Origin: the human T2T-CHM13v2.0 reference genome, Homo sapiens
Reading direction: 5' to 3' (one strand)
Assembly (NCBI RefSeq): GCF_009914755.1
Contig: NC_060936.1
Length of the DNA stretch: 64,000 nt
Shown: piece by piece, positions 1 through 13,649 of the stretch
Numbering within the stretch: position 1 is the stretch's first letter
Layout: each line of letters starts with the position of its first letter
Notes under the pieces: model-generated
Databases searched by the model: none
What the model was told of the DNA's origin: nothing
Seen by the model: only the letters and a program-made list of their open reading frames with translations
Translations under genes and position numbers: made by a program

Positions 1-40
1 AGTAGATAGGTCAATTTCTATTATATTCTATATTATTGCA

Positions 41-347
<307 letters not shown>

Positions 348-884
348 GGCACATACCCTTTCATCCCATCCGTAGTTGTGATCATCACTGATATTTATGG
401 TTGCTTTCATGTCTAATTCAAATTACAAAACACAGTTGGAGTTTATCTTTAAGAAAGAAAAAGGCTAGTATTAAATGACCTTGCTTAGCTCAGTACTGCT
501 TTCCTTTTTTCTATTTTTTAAAAATCATTTTGATATTTTTATGTTTAAAAGTATAGTAATACATTTATTTTCTGTTGGCTTTATGTGAATTAAATCTCTC
601 TTTTTATTATTTTTCTTGGTAAATATTTTTTATTCTATTTCATAAAACATTTATTTTCATTATCAGGCTACCATAATATCTTTATGGCAGCTAACAGATA
701 TCTGAGCATATATGATATACCAGGCCTTGTTCTATAGGCTGGAGCTCTAACAATAAAAAATTAGAGACAAACTAATTTGGGACTAATTAGATGGGACTAA
801 GCACTCTGAAGAAAATAAAGAATAACACGAGGGTCTACCTGTTTTAGATAAATCATCAGAGATTACCTCTCTGAGGAAGTAACA

Positions 885-1412
<528 letters not shown>

Positions 1413-1534
1413 GCGTATGCTTTTAAAAACATGATTAGGAAAATTTAAGTGCTCTGCCAACCTTTTTAGTAAAATTATGAATACACTTAATAAAAAGTTA
1501 TAGGTTTTTACCTCCACTGGTGAAGTAATAACTC

Positions 1535-3500
1535 AGTTCTGATGAGACTTTTCTCACTATAAACCACTAGAGAATTGGACACATTATATGGAATAACTGT
1601 CCTCAGATATTAGGCAACAGGTAGTACAGAGTAATGATTCATGAGGAAAAAAATAGAAATAAGGTTATCCCTGTGAGAACTATGGCTTTCTGCTACAAGG
1701 CAGTTTCCAGACATCACGGCAGAAAATGGGAACTCAAATAGAGCATGATATTTCAGCTATGTTGAGCAGAAAGACACTGGTGTTTGGGGAGGCAGAGAGG
1801 GGCTATAATTTATGGGACATAGCACCAGTGAAGGAAATTAATTTAGGGAAAAAAGGTTTTTTAAAACTATTTTAAATATGTCACGATAAATTCTTATTTG
1901 ACATCATTCATTAGTTCTTGACAACTGCAGCTTTAAGAGAAATAACATACAGCAGATTTTCTAATAATGTAATTTCATTTAATGTAATTTTGTCATAACA
2001 TCAGTGAGAAGAAAAATGTTTTTGTTACATATAGTTTCACTTAAATTTGCAGTTTCCAAGAACCTATCAACTACCTTAAGTGCAGACTTATTGTGTGCAT
2101 ATACAATATTTTATGTATTATATTACATTTATAAATATTTAAATATACATTTAAATATTCAAAAGAAAATAAATGAAGATAATTATAAAATGGAAGTAAT
2201 CAAAATAACCAAAGGAACTTGTAATGATAAAAAATGCAATATTGAACTGAAAGAGTTACTGGAAAAGATTAGGGCAGATTAGACACTTTGGAAAAAAAAA
2301 TCGGTGGCATTTAAGACATAACAAGAAATATCAAAAATAAGCACAGAAAGAGAAAATATTGAAATGGAAAACAAACCTCTGTGACTGGTGGAATGATATT
2401 AAGTTTCTCACATAGATTAGGAGTTCAAATAGAAGAGGGAGCAGACGGAAGGAAAGAATAAAATATTTGAAGAAATCATATTCAAATATTTTCAATTTTG
2501 ATGAAAACTATGAATCCACAGATTCAAAAAAAAAACTTTAATGAACCATAAGAAGGATAAAAACAAAGAAAATGATGACAAGACACATAATTAAATTGCA
2601 TAAAACCAGTGAAAAAGAAAATTTTATAGAGAACCAATGAAAACAGATAACATTTCACTCAAAGGAAAAAAGATAATGTCAGCAATTTATGGTAAAATAT
2701 AGACATGTGAAGTCAATAGAAAAGCGTCTTTAAAGTAGTAGAAGAAAAAATTCGACTTATATTTCTAAATTCAGAAAAAATATCTTCAAAAACTAAAGGT
2801 CTTGAAATAAAGACTTCTTCAGACAAATAGAAGGTGAGAAAATCTATTGCCAGTAGATTGGCACTATAAGAAATGTTAAATTTATTTTTTAGGTGACAGG
2901 TAAATGATCTCAGATGGAAAACTGAATCTACATAATGGAGTGAAGAACACAGGAAATTACACATTTAATGTAAATATAAAAATATTTTTTCTCATTTGTG
3001 CATTTAAAAATATGTATCTGATTGCTTAAAACAATGATAATAACTGTTAACTAGATTAGTACAAATCCATATCCTAGAGGCCTAGAAGAAAAGAAGTGTT
3101 CATTTCCAGGCATAAAAACTATGTATTTATCCTCAATTTCTACTCTCCTCTAGAAGATGTCTGGCTATCAGTAAAAAAACAAAAACAAACAAACAAAATA
3201 GAGAGAGACTTACAAAATACAGAATAAAACAACCTTTTCTAAGAGTCACAGTTATCCTCAGAAATAATAGACTCAAGTCTATTTTTCTTGACCAGCACAA
3301 ACATTGAAACTGTCTCACAAGAAATTCAAAAGATGATAGATTTAAACTATTTATTAACAAATTAAAGGATAAGTAATCCAACGTACCAATTAAAAGAAAT
3401 TTTCCATCTTTCAAAGCAAGACCCAACTGTATGTTATATATAAGAAACCAATTAAACATATAAAAATACATATAGCTTAAATTTAAAAGGATGAAAAAGA
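1535..3500 (+). mobile_element. Ancient L1M (L1MC/ME-type) 5'UTR/ORF1/ORF2-start remnant, interrupted by MER6
   Basis: A-rich decayed ORF1-like text (aaaatatttgaagaaatcata...aaaactatgaatccacagattcaa; agacccaactgtatgtt...aagaaac). Confidence 0.7.
1884..2093 (-). mobile_element. MER6-family (MER6B-like) TcMar-Tigger MITE
   Basis: ~210 bp with long imperfect terminal inverted repeats: tagttcttgacaactgcagctttaag ... cttaaatttgcagtttccaagaacctatcaactaccttaagtgcagacttattg. Confidence 0.7.
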
Positions 3501-3504
3501 TACA

Positions 3505-3883
3505 CAGTCAGGCATTCACAATCAAGATACATTTTGAGACATCCACTGGTAGATTTTCATCCTGTGAACATCAAGGAGCATGCTTACACAACTCTAGATG
3601 GTATAGCCTACTACACACCTATGATATATGGTAAAGCCTATTGCTGCAGGCTACTAACCTGCACAGCATGATACTGTGATGAATACTGTAGGCAACTGTA
3701 ACACAATGGAAGTATGTATCTATCTATATATACCTAAAATTTAAAGGTATGGTAAAAATACAGTGGAAAAATTAAACAGTACACCTATATAGGGCAGCTT
3801 CATTATAATCTTATTGGAACACTGTCCATTGTTGTATATGCAGTCTGTTGTTGACCAAAATTTTATTATGTGGCACATGACTG
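3505..3883 (+). mobile_element. Tigger3-family non-autonomous DNA transposon (Tigger3a-like)
   Basis: cagtca...catgactg termini; internal ctagatggtatagcctactacacaccta and gaatactgtaggcaactgtaacacaatgg. Confidence 0.88.
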
Positions 3884-3924
3884 CACCATAAAAATAAACT
3901 AAAATTGAAAAATGTTTACCAAAA

Positions 3925-4295
3925 TAATTGGCCAATACTCTTCAAAAGTATCAAGAAAAAGAACAACTAGTAAACATTACGGAACATTCATTGAATGGGG
4001 AACACTAAGCGGACATAAAATCTAAACAATACAGTTGGTCTTGATTTGATCCTGAAACATAAAAAGTATTTCAGTAAAAAAAAAAAAAAAATGCTGAAAT
4101 CAAAATAAAATAGTTTAGTTAATAATATTGTAGTGACCTTGATCTCTTAGTTTTGATAATTGTGCATTGCTATGTAAGTGATTTGCATTTGGGAAAGTTA
4201 GGTGAAGAATATATGGGAAATCTTTGGATTATTTCTACAACATTTCAGATAATGTGAAACTATTTCATTGAAACAGTAAAAAAGAAAGAAACTTT
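3925..4295 (+). mobile_element. L1MC/L1ME-type 3'UTR remnant
   Basis: ctcttcaaaagtatcaag...ttagttaataatattgta...gttttgataattgtgcattg...ggtgaagaatatatgggaaatct. Confidence 0.7.
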
Positions 4296-4666
4296 TTAAA
4301 AAGTAGGTAAGTCCATAAAAAGGGAAAAATAATTTCTCTTTAATGAAAATGTAATCCTGTCTCAGATTTTTACTTTATATTTCAGTCCACTAATATTTCT
4401 TTATGTACAGTAGATGTTGTCTTTGTAATATGGAAATGAAACTGATAGTATGCTGCATTTAAAATAAAATAACATCATTTGAGTCTTTGCCTAATGAAAA
4501 TCCTAGTGGTGTTTTTCTTGGACATCCCTATTTTTTCTTATTAGCAGGAAACTGTCAATGAAGTCAGAAAAAAAAAATTCCTTGAATTTTTTTGGTCACT
4601 ATCACCATACTACATTGTAGATTTAAAAAGCATATATGCTGTGAACACTGTTTCAATTTCAATGTT

Positions 4667-4935
<269 letters not shown>

Positions 4936-5218
4936 TTTTGAGACAGAGTCTAGCTCTGTCGCCCAGGCTGGAGTGCAGTGGCGCAATCTCGGCTCACTGC
5001 AACCTCCGCCTCCCAGGTTCAAGCAATTATCTACCTCAGCCTCCCGAGTAGCTGGAATTACAGGCACCCACCACCATGTGCAGCTAATTTTTGTATTTTT
5101 AGTAGAGACGGGATTTCACAATGTTGGCCAGGCTGGTCTTGAACTCCTGACCTCGTGATCCACCCTCCTTGGCCTCCCAAAGTGCTGGGATTACAGGCGT
5201 GAACCACCACACCTGGCC
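4936..5218 (-). mobile_element. AluSg-like with only a 4-nt A tail
   Basis: ggctggtcttgaactcctgacctcgtgatcc...ccacacctggcc. Confidence 0.92.
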
Positions 5219-5317
5219 TCAATGTTCTTACTGAGACTATATGTATGTGTAACTTAATATATTGAGGTGCCAAATTTTGAATGGAATATGATAATTAGAG
5301 TTCGAAAAAGTAAGACT

Positions 5318-5490
5318 GAGGGGTTTTCACACTTATCAGTACATCACAGTCACCTGGGGAGCCTTTTAAAATTGCATATTCTATGATTCCACAGTCAGAG
5401 TTTATTAAAACTGAATTGGTGTAAGAGAAAATGTATATTTAATAGGTCCCCAGGTGATTTTGATAAAGTTCCAGGTCTGGATACTATTGT
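5318..5490. mobile_element. MER5-family hAT MITE
   Basis: catcacagtcacctggggagccttttaaaa ... tccccaggtgattttgat imperfect palindromic structure. Confidence 0.65.
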
Positions 5491-7159
5491 CATAAGCCAA
5501 ACTTCAAATATAGCCATTTAATTCTTAATAATATAGCATAAGATAACAGAGTATAGTGCTTCAAAATCAGGAAACCGTAACATATTTCTACAAGAAGTGC
5601 ACTTGGGAATTTTCTAGGCTTCCTAAAAATCCCATTTTTTAAATCTCAAAAGAAATCAAGATAGTAATATATGCCATTTAATGTTATGATTGTTACAACA
5701 GTGTCAGTACGCCATATTCCTGACATGTAACAAATGTTTTATAAATTATGAAATGTCAAAAATACATATATGTAAAATTTAGATATTTTACATACTATCC
5801 TATTAAACATAAAATATGTAAGTATATAATACATATAAAGGGAATATATGTATATGCAGAATATTATATATTGAATATAAAGATTGTTTTGATATATATG
5901 CTTGCCTTAAGAGTTAATAAAACTTGTACTAAGCTGAAATATTTTCAAGGACAGCGCTGTCTTCTTCATTTCTTTACCACTATTACCGTATTTGAAAGAA
6001 TAGATAAATAATGATATGCATTACCAATGTCAATCTAATCGCAGGTGTAATTATTTATATTTGTACATTTTTTTTTATTTTTTCAGGTGCTGATCACTTA
6101 ATCGAATTCTATGTGTGATATTACCTAAAGCACAACTGACAAAAATCTAACAGCCCTTTCTCTCATATGCATGAGTAAAAGGTATCAAGAAATCCCAAGA
6201 ATAATTGTAAAGGGATATCCTATTCGCACAGAAATTATCTGTATCTGAAGAACTTTATTGAGAAGACATGGTAATCCTTTAAAAGTTGATAAAGCTATAA
6301 GCATAATAAGGATACAGTTTTTCTTTCCTTGAATACCACTATATTTCCTTCATATGTACCAACAATTTCTCTTTAGTGACAACTTTCCAAGAGGTTACAT
6401 ACCATTTTTTAAATGATGAAAACACTAATAAATATGTGCCTTCTGTAGAAGAAAAGTAAAATGTTGGAAATTTCTAAGGATCAGAAAAAAAAGAATGGAG
6501 TAGACTCTTTTATCTATTAACACATAGAAAAAAATTAACAATATAAAAACTTTAAATTATTTTTTTATTTTCCATTGTTCCATGTAACCTTTCTTCCATT
6601 GTTCAATTATTCTACTGAGACCTAGAGCAATTATTTTCTAAAGGTATTCTACATATTTTCTGGAAATGAGGCATTTATGTGATCATAAAATATCTTGCTT
6701 CCTGGAATAGCAATATGATATGAATGCACTCTAAATCTTGTATTGTTGAAATAGGAAAAGTTAGTGATGACTTGAAGACTTAAGCAATACCATTGGGTCA
6801 TGGAGAGCTAAACCTCTTTAAAACACAAATTTAGATGTTAAATTTTCAAAATTTCACTTTCTTTTCTACCCAACCTGTAAACAATATAAAATATAAACTA
6901 ATTTGTGTGCATTCTACTCTGTATCATAAAAGAAATTTTGAGTTATTTCATTTGCATTTAATCATTATTTGTGCCTATAAGACAATAATCTTCAAACTTA
7001 GATAAGGCAAAGCTCTTATAAAGTTTAAGATGTTGATTTTGAGCTTGTGTTTTGAAAACTACTTATCTCCTTTATAAAATCAATTGACGCATGTAAAAAT
7101 AATTTCCTTCTGAGGAACAACACTTTTGTTAGCATAATTAAAATAAAGATAAAAGAATC

Positions 7160-7484
<325 letters not shown>

Positions 7485-7904
7485 TTATATTCTATGACAG
7501 CCCCATTTTTTTTCTAAAAACTATTCTATTTTATATTTCATGTCAACTATTTAGGTTAAACTCATATCTAAAGTTTACGTATTTTATGGTTCTAGCATCC
7601 ACTTAATGTTTACTTAATGTACACTTACTCCCATGTACAATGTACTCAATGTACAACGAAGTAGGTACTTCGTTGTGTGCATCTATGAACACTTAGAAGA
7701 GTCAGCTATGATCTGAAATAGGTGAAATCCAAGGTCCAATTTACTGACCATGATGAAATTTATGACACTTATAAATACCTCGCATAATAGATAAAATTGG
7801 CTTAGGTATATTAAAAGATTGCTCAGTAGTGCCAAATGGCAATCCACTGCTTTATTATTAATTTATCTATAGGACTTGTTTTGGATCTTAAAATTATCAT
7901 AGTT

Positions 7905-8133
7905 CGAGCAAACATTTATTGGACAGCTAGTATGTTTCAAGTACCATACTTAGCATTTTATCTATATTATCACACTTAAGCTTCAAATAACTCTGTGATA
8001 CGGGAAATATTATCTGTTTTATAAAAAGAGTAAATAAATAGCCTGTCTACAGTGTCAAAATGAGTAAGTAACAGAACTGGTTTCAAACCAGATTATTGGA
8101 TTCAAAAGCTCATGGGCTTAATAAGTCTGCATA
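7905..8133 (-). mobile_element. MIR
   Basis: aacatttattggacagctagtatgtttcaagtacc...attatctgttttata...agtaagtaacagaactggtttcaaacc. Confidence 0.7.
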
Positions 8134-8644
8134 GTGAAAAAATCCCTGGAAGAGCAGTCACTGGGGAGATAATTGCTTATGATCATGCAGTATAAAATGG
8201 CCTTAAATATCCCACCACTGAGAAAGTCTTTGCCCCCTCAATATACGCCACAAGGGATATAAACTATAACTTTGCTCTTTAAATGATTGCCCAGCAAGTG
8301 GAAAGCCTTTTTTAAGAAGTCATAAGGAGGAAATGAACTAGTTCAAAAATCCCTCATCAGCTTTGTGCAGAAGGCAAACTCTTTTGTACAAATGCATTGT
8401 GCTGTAAACAGTTCCATTATTAGCTAATATTCCTTCCCAGCAAATAAAATGTGACATAACAATAAATTTCTATTCACCATGCAACTTCTGATGAACAATA
8501 AGTAACATTATCCAAAAGGCAAAAGGCCAATTTTTTCTACTTATTAACGGTTTGAGTAGCAACTCGACAGAAACAGGCAACATGACGTTTATTATGTCTC
8601 AAGATAAAGTTGGAAAAATTTAAATCTTGATTGGGAAGGTTATT

Positions 8645-8818
8645 TTAGAATTTTAGACTGAGAAAAAACCACAAAGATTATATTGCCCATTTTCTATAAT
8701 TTACGGTGAAGAAATTCAGACTCAGGAAAGTTAAGTGGCTTATTCAGGGTCACACAGCTGACTATTGGCAAATCTGAAAATAGAATGAAGTCTTTTGTGC
8801 TTTTCTAATGCACTACGT
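8645..8818 (-). mobile_element. MIR/MIR3 core
   Basis: tttacggtgaagaaattcagactcaggaaagttaagtggcttattcagggtcacacagct. Confidence 0.7.
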
Positions 8819-9096
8819 TCTTTATTGAGGCTGACTTGAGACACTGGTTTAGACATTTAATCAAAATGGAATTATTACTTGTTTCTTCTCTTAATCTCAA
8901 CCAAAGTTAGCACTCCCTATTGCTAAAACCAAAATCTTGCGTTATCCTGAATTTTGATCTTTTTCAATACATAATTCATTTATCTGTACTTTGAACCATG
9001 CATTTTACATATTCATTTATATTTAATTGTTGGTTTTGAAAACTTAAATGTAAGGTTTATAGAAAGGAGCTTTATCTTTTTCACCACTATTTCCAG

Positions 9097-9209
9097 CAGG
9101 GTGACCAACCATCCTGGTTGGCCTAGAACTACACAGTTCCCTGGATGTGGGGTTTTCAGTGCTAAAACAGGAAATGTCCTTGGAAAATTGGGATGAGTTA
9201 GTCATTCTA
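9097..9209. mobile_element. MER81 hAT MITE
   Basis: cagggtgaccaaccatcctggtt...cagtgctaaaacaggaaatgtcc...gggatgagttagtcattcta. Confidence 0.8.
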
Positions 9210-9409
9210 TAAGGGCTTAAGCATATAGCTTTTACAGCTTCTGCATCTCACTTTTCTAAGGGGTAACATTAACATTAGAATCATCCTAAATTTTTTAAAT
9301 TATTACCAACACATTCTGGAAGATGACAGCAATGTGTCTCAATTTGTATATAGTTACTGTTTGATTTGGGGTAGTGCTGGTTCTATCCTCATTTTAAAGG
9401 ACAGTATAA

Positions 9410-9720
9410 GACTCAGCATGGTAGCTTATGCTCATAATCTTAGTTCTTTAGGAGGCGGCAGCAGGGGGATTGCTTGAGGCCAGACTGGGCAATGTAGAGA
9501 GACCTCTGTCTCTACAAAAAAAAAAAAAAAAAAAGAAGCCAAGCATGGTGATGTGTCCCTGTAGTCCTAGCTACTTGGGAGGTTGAGAAGGGTTCACTTG
9601 AACCCAAGGATCACTCGAACCCAAGAGTTTAAAGTTTCATTGAACTCTGATCGTGCCACTGCACTCCAGCCTGGGTAACAGGGTAAGACCCTGTCTCAAA
9701 TATAAACAAATAAAAATAAA
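9410..9720 (+). mobile_element. AluJ (old)
   Basis: ggattgcttgaggccag, gatcgtgccactgcactccagcctgggtaacag, gaccctgtctc; degenerate TSD aaaggacagtat/aaaggatagtgt. Confidence 0.9.
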
Positions 9721-9931
9721 GGATAGTGTATGTTATACAGCAGTCAGTCAATCAGTATTTGTTGCCCAACATATATGTTAAAATTTTAACAATAAAGGAA
9801 TCACATGCAGTTGTGATGTCTGATGACAGGTGGTTTATCTATTTATCCATTGCATGATTACTCAGTCTCAAATTTTGGGCTGAATAGTTATTTGTTTGTT
9901 AAGATGGTAGGTTGTTGTAAGATGCTTACCA

Positions 9932-10100
9932 TTATATATGCATATATGTGTGTGTGTGCATATATATGTCCCTGTATATGCACACATGCACAGACACAGA
10001 TTTATACATATATAACATACATACTATACATATATATTAATATGTGTGTGTAAAAAAACTAAGAATAACCACATGGATGCTATATATATATGCATACACA
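9932..10100. repeat. Degenerate (TA)n/(CA)n/(TG)n simple repeat
   Basis: alternating purine-pyrimidine runs. Confidence 0.8.
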
Positions 10101-11129
10101 TTGTCTTAAACTGCTGTTATTTTATTGTTTGGCTCAGAGTTGTCAAATAATACCAGTTAGAAAGAGTACACAGAAAAAAATTAAAGATTGTTTTTGGTTT
10201 CAAGAAATAGACAGCAAATCCCATCACTATAGGAATCCCTTAAAAATGGCTTTTAAATTAATCTCAACAGAGTGGCCATCACTATAATGAGTGGGGCTCG
10301 GCAGAACTACCTAAGGCTCCATTCTCCTGCTGTGACAAACAACAAACCCTATACTTAGAGTCTGCCTACATTGCTGAGTGAAATCTGTCATGTTACTTCC
10401 TACATAGCCCCTGAATGTATTTGTGGTGTGGGACTGCTCTACAAAGCCTTGATAGAATTGTAGTTATCAGCTATTCACTGCTATCACAAACCACAAAATT
10501 ACTTTTTTTTTTTTTGCAGTTATCTACTTTCAATACTTCTTCCCAACCCTTCAATGACTAGTTTAGGTGTCTGGTAATTTTCTTTGGACCTCAACATCAT
10601 CTTTGTTCACAGCTAGACTTCTTTTATTCATTGTTATGACAAACATCTTTACAAAAGCCTCTCTAATATGTTTTTTATAGAGGCCATTTTGTGGCTTTTT
10701 TATCCCTTCCTTTTGATCTCTTGATCAAAATTACCCTAATGGAGTTTTTCATACATAATGCCAAGCACTTAATTACAAATTATCAGTCATAAAGGACCAA
10801 AAGCAAGAGAAAGTAAATAGATAACAGAAACAGACCCTCAGAAAAATTATAGATTGCAGTTAACAAACACAAATTTAATATAAATAATACTAGCATTTTC
10901 AAGAAAACAAATAAAAGGGAATTCCAGCAGGGAAGTTGGTCAATAAAATAGAATCAAGTACAAATTCTAACGTTACAATACAAATTAATAGACATTAGAA
11001 ACACAAGAAATTAAGAATATAGGCTCAGAGAATTCAGGGGAACTTGAGGATTCAATATTCTCAAATGACCCTATTCATATATCTCCAGTCCAAGTCTAAC
11101 AGTCCAATCTCTTCTCTATGAAAGCTCTG

Positions 11130-11460
11130 AAATTGGTATAAGAGAAGTGCATCGGGCAGGGGCCAAAAGCAAAGAAAGCGCATAGTCTCTGATGGAAACT
11201 AGCTTTAATCTGATCTCATTGGGATAAACTGAATCACAACTATACATCAAACCGGCCCCCCTCAAGGAAAGGGGTTCAGCTATTGGTATTAATATGTCAG
11301 TTAACTGTCAGCTGATTGTCAAAGATAAGGATGAGGATGGGGGAGTTGGACAGAAATTCCCTGAGTAGATGGTTCTATCTGGTCAACAAAAATTCTGCAG
11401 ATAAAGGATAAAGCTGTGAGCTGTAGGAGTGTACATGCCAGTAAAAATGAGCTGGGTGGG
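11130..11460 (-). mobile_element. LTR16-like (ERVL) LTR fragment
   Basis: cccccctcaaggaaaggggttcagc and gctgtgagctgtaggag...agctgggtggg resemble the LTR16C reverse complement. Confidence 0.6.
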
Positions 11461-13608
11461 TATATTAGTTAGAGTTTTTCAGAGAAACAGAACCAATAGG
11501 AAAAATATGTATTCCTACCTATCTAGTAATATAGATATATCATGTGAACTAATTCTGTATAATAAATGTCTTATATATGCCTGTGTTTATATATATATAT
11601 ATATGGTACACACACATACACACACACGAGAGATCTTCAAAAATTTTATGAAAAATGCATATTTTTTAAAAACTATGCATGGATTTCAAAATATTTTTGC
11701 ACCAAAGTAGATTTGTACTAACTTGTTATAACACATCTGAACAAGATCTAGTGTGAGGCACTAAGAAGGGTAAGACATCAGTCTGAAAAGAGGCTCTATC
11801 AGCATATGAATTTTGCAAAAATTGAAGCAAAAACAAACATCAATTTTATGGTGAAGCTTGGGTGGAAGAATGGTGAAATCATTAATCCTTTATGAAAAGT
11901 TTATGGAAACAATGACCTAAAGAAATCAGCAGCAGCTTACAAATGGATAATTCATTTTAAGGGAGACAAAATGGTGTTAAAGATGAAGCCTGCAGCAATA
12001 GATCATTCACATCAATTTGTGAAAAAGAAATTAATTTTGTTTATGCCATAACTGAGGAAGACTAATTATTAACAGCAGAAACAATAGCCAATATCAGAGG
12101 CATCTCAATTGATTCAACCTACACAATTCTGACTGAAAAACTGAAGTTAAGCAAACTTTCCACTTGATGAGTGCCAAAATTGTTGTACCCAGATTGGCTG
12201 CAGAGAAGAGCAGAGCTTTCAATGGAAATTTTAAGCAAGTAGGATCAAGATCCTGAAGCATTTATTTGTATAATTGTAACAGGAAATAAAACATGGCTTT
12301 ACCAGTACAATCCTGAAGACAATGCACATAGCAATGGCTATCAAGAGTTGGAAGTGATCCAGTCAAAGCAATAGTAGCATGAGCAAAACAAAGCAAATGC
12401 TATCATGAGCAAAGGTCATGGCAACAGTTTTGGGGAATCCTCAAGGCATTTTGCTTGAGCATTCCTCAAAACTAGCTGGACCCCTTGCCTCGAGGAGAGG
12501 ACAATTTGGTGTATATTTTTTGCCTCAGATTAGGGCGCAAAGTGAGATCAGATTAAAGCTAGTCTCCATCAAAGACTATGTGCTCTTTTTGCTTTTGGCC
12601 CCTCCCCAATCTACTTTCCTCAGCTTTCTTATTCCAAGAGAATATCCAATATTTATTGGCTTTCTGGAGAGACAATGAATAATAACATCTGCTTATTGTG
12701 AGAGTGCTTTGAGAAAGGGAAAGTTTTAACAGAAAAACACCTGTGAAAGCTTCACCAGAGAGTCCTCTACTATGATAATGCTTCTGCTCATTTCTATCAT
12801 CAGAAAGGGGCATTTTTATAAGTGTTTTGATGGGAAGTCATTAGGCATCTACCATACAGTCAATTTAGCCCTTTCTGACTCCTTTTTGTTTCTTAATCTT
12901 AAAAAAAATCTTTAACGGGTACCCATTTTTACTTTAGGTAATAAAGTAAAAAAGACTGTATTTATGTGGTTAAGTTCCCAGGAGCCTTAGTTCTTCAGGG
13001 ATGGACTAAATGGCTGGTATAATCGCTTAAAATAGTGTCTGGAACTTGCTGGAGCTTGTTTGAGCAATAAAGTTGATATGCTTTATTTTTGTCTTTGAAT
13101 TTTTAATGAATTATTGAAGTTCCCTCATATCGTGTCAGCCAACTCCTTATAATAAATTTTTCTCATATGACATATGTATTATAAGGAGTTGGCTCACATC
13201 ATTATAAAAGCTGAGAAGTCCCACAATCTGGTGTAACATCAGTCTGAATCCAAAGACCTGCCAACCAGGAGATCCAATGGTACAAGTTCTAGTTTGAGTC
13301 CAAAAGCTTGAAAAACGGGACAGCTGATGGTGTGATTCTAGGTCAAAAGTCAGCAGGCTTGAGACCCAGGAAATGTTGATGTTTCCATTCAAATTAGAAG
13401 ACAGGAAAAGACTGATGTCCCAGTTCGAGGTAGTCAGACAGAAAGGAGTACCTTTTTACCCAGTCTTTTTGTTACATTCAGGTCTTCAATTGATTGAAAG
13501 TGTTAATCTGATCCAGAACACCCTCACAGACACATTGTGGATAATGTCTGCCAAATTTCTGAGTATTCTGTGGCTTAGTCACATTGATGCATAAAATTAA
13601 TTATCACA
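11461..13608 (-). mobile_element. MLT2 (B/C-type) ERVL LTR split by HSMAR2 (pieces 11461-11626 and ~13170-13608)
   Basis: tatattagttagagtttttcagagaaacagaaccaatagg at left; tattataaggagttggctcac...aacaccctcacagacaca...cataaaattaattatcaca at right. Confidence 0.88.
11627..13127 (+). mobile_element. HSMAR2 mariner, full length, decayed transposase, with ~200-bp foreign insert at 12458-12655
   Basis: TIRs cgagagatcttcaaaaa / ttattgaagttccctca; ATG at 11806 gives MNFAKIEAKTNINFMVKLGWKNGEII; remnants of mariner motifs IVTG(N)KTWLYQYNPE, (Y)DNASAH and H(L)PYS; many stops. Confidence 0.93.
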
Positions 13609-13649
13609 GCAGGCAACACAGCATCTAATACATCTAAGGAAAAGTGCAT

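Noticed and set aside
11806-13070. Functional mariner transposase
   Set aside because: Stop after ~29 codons, further stops, a degraded catalytic motif and a 200-bp insertion.
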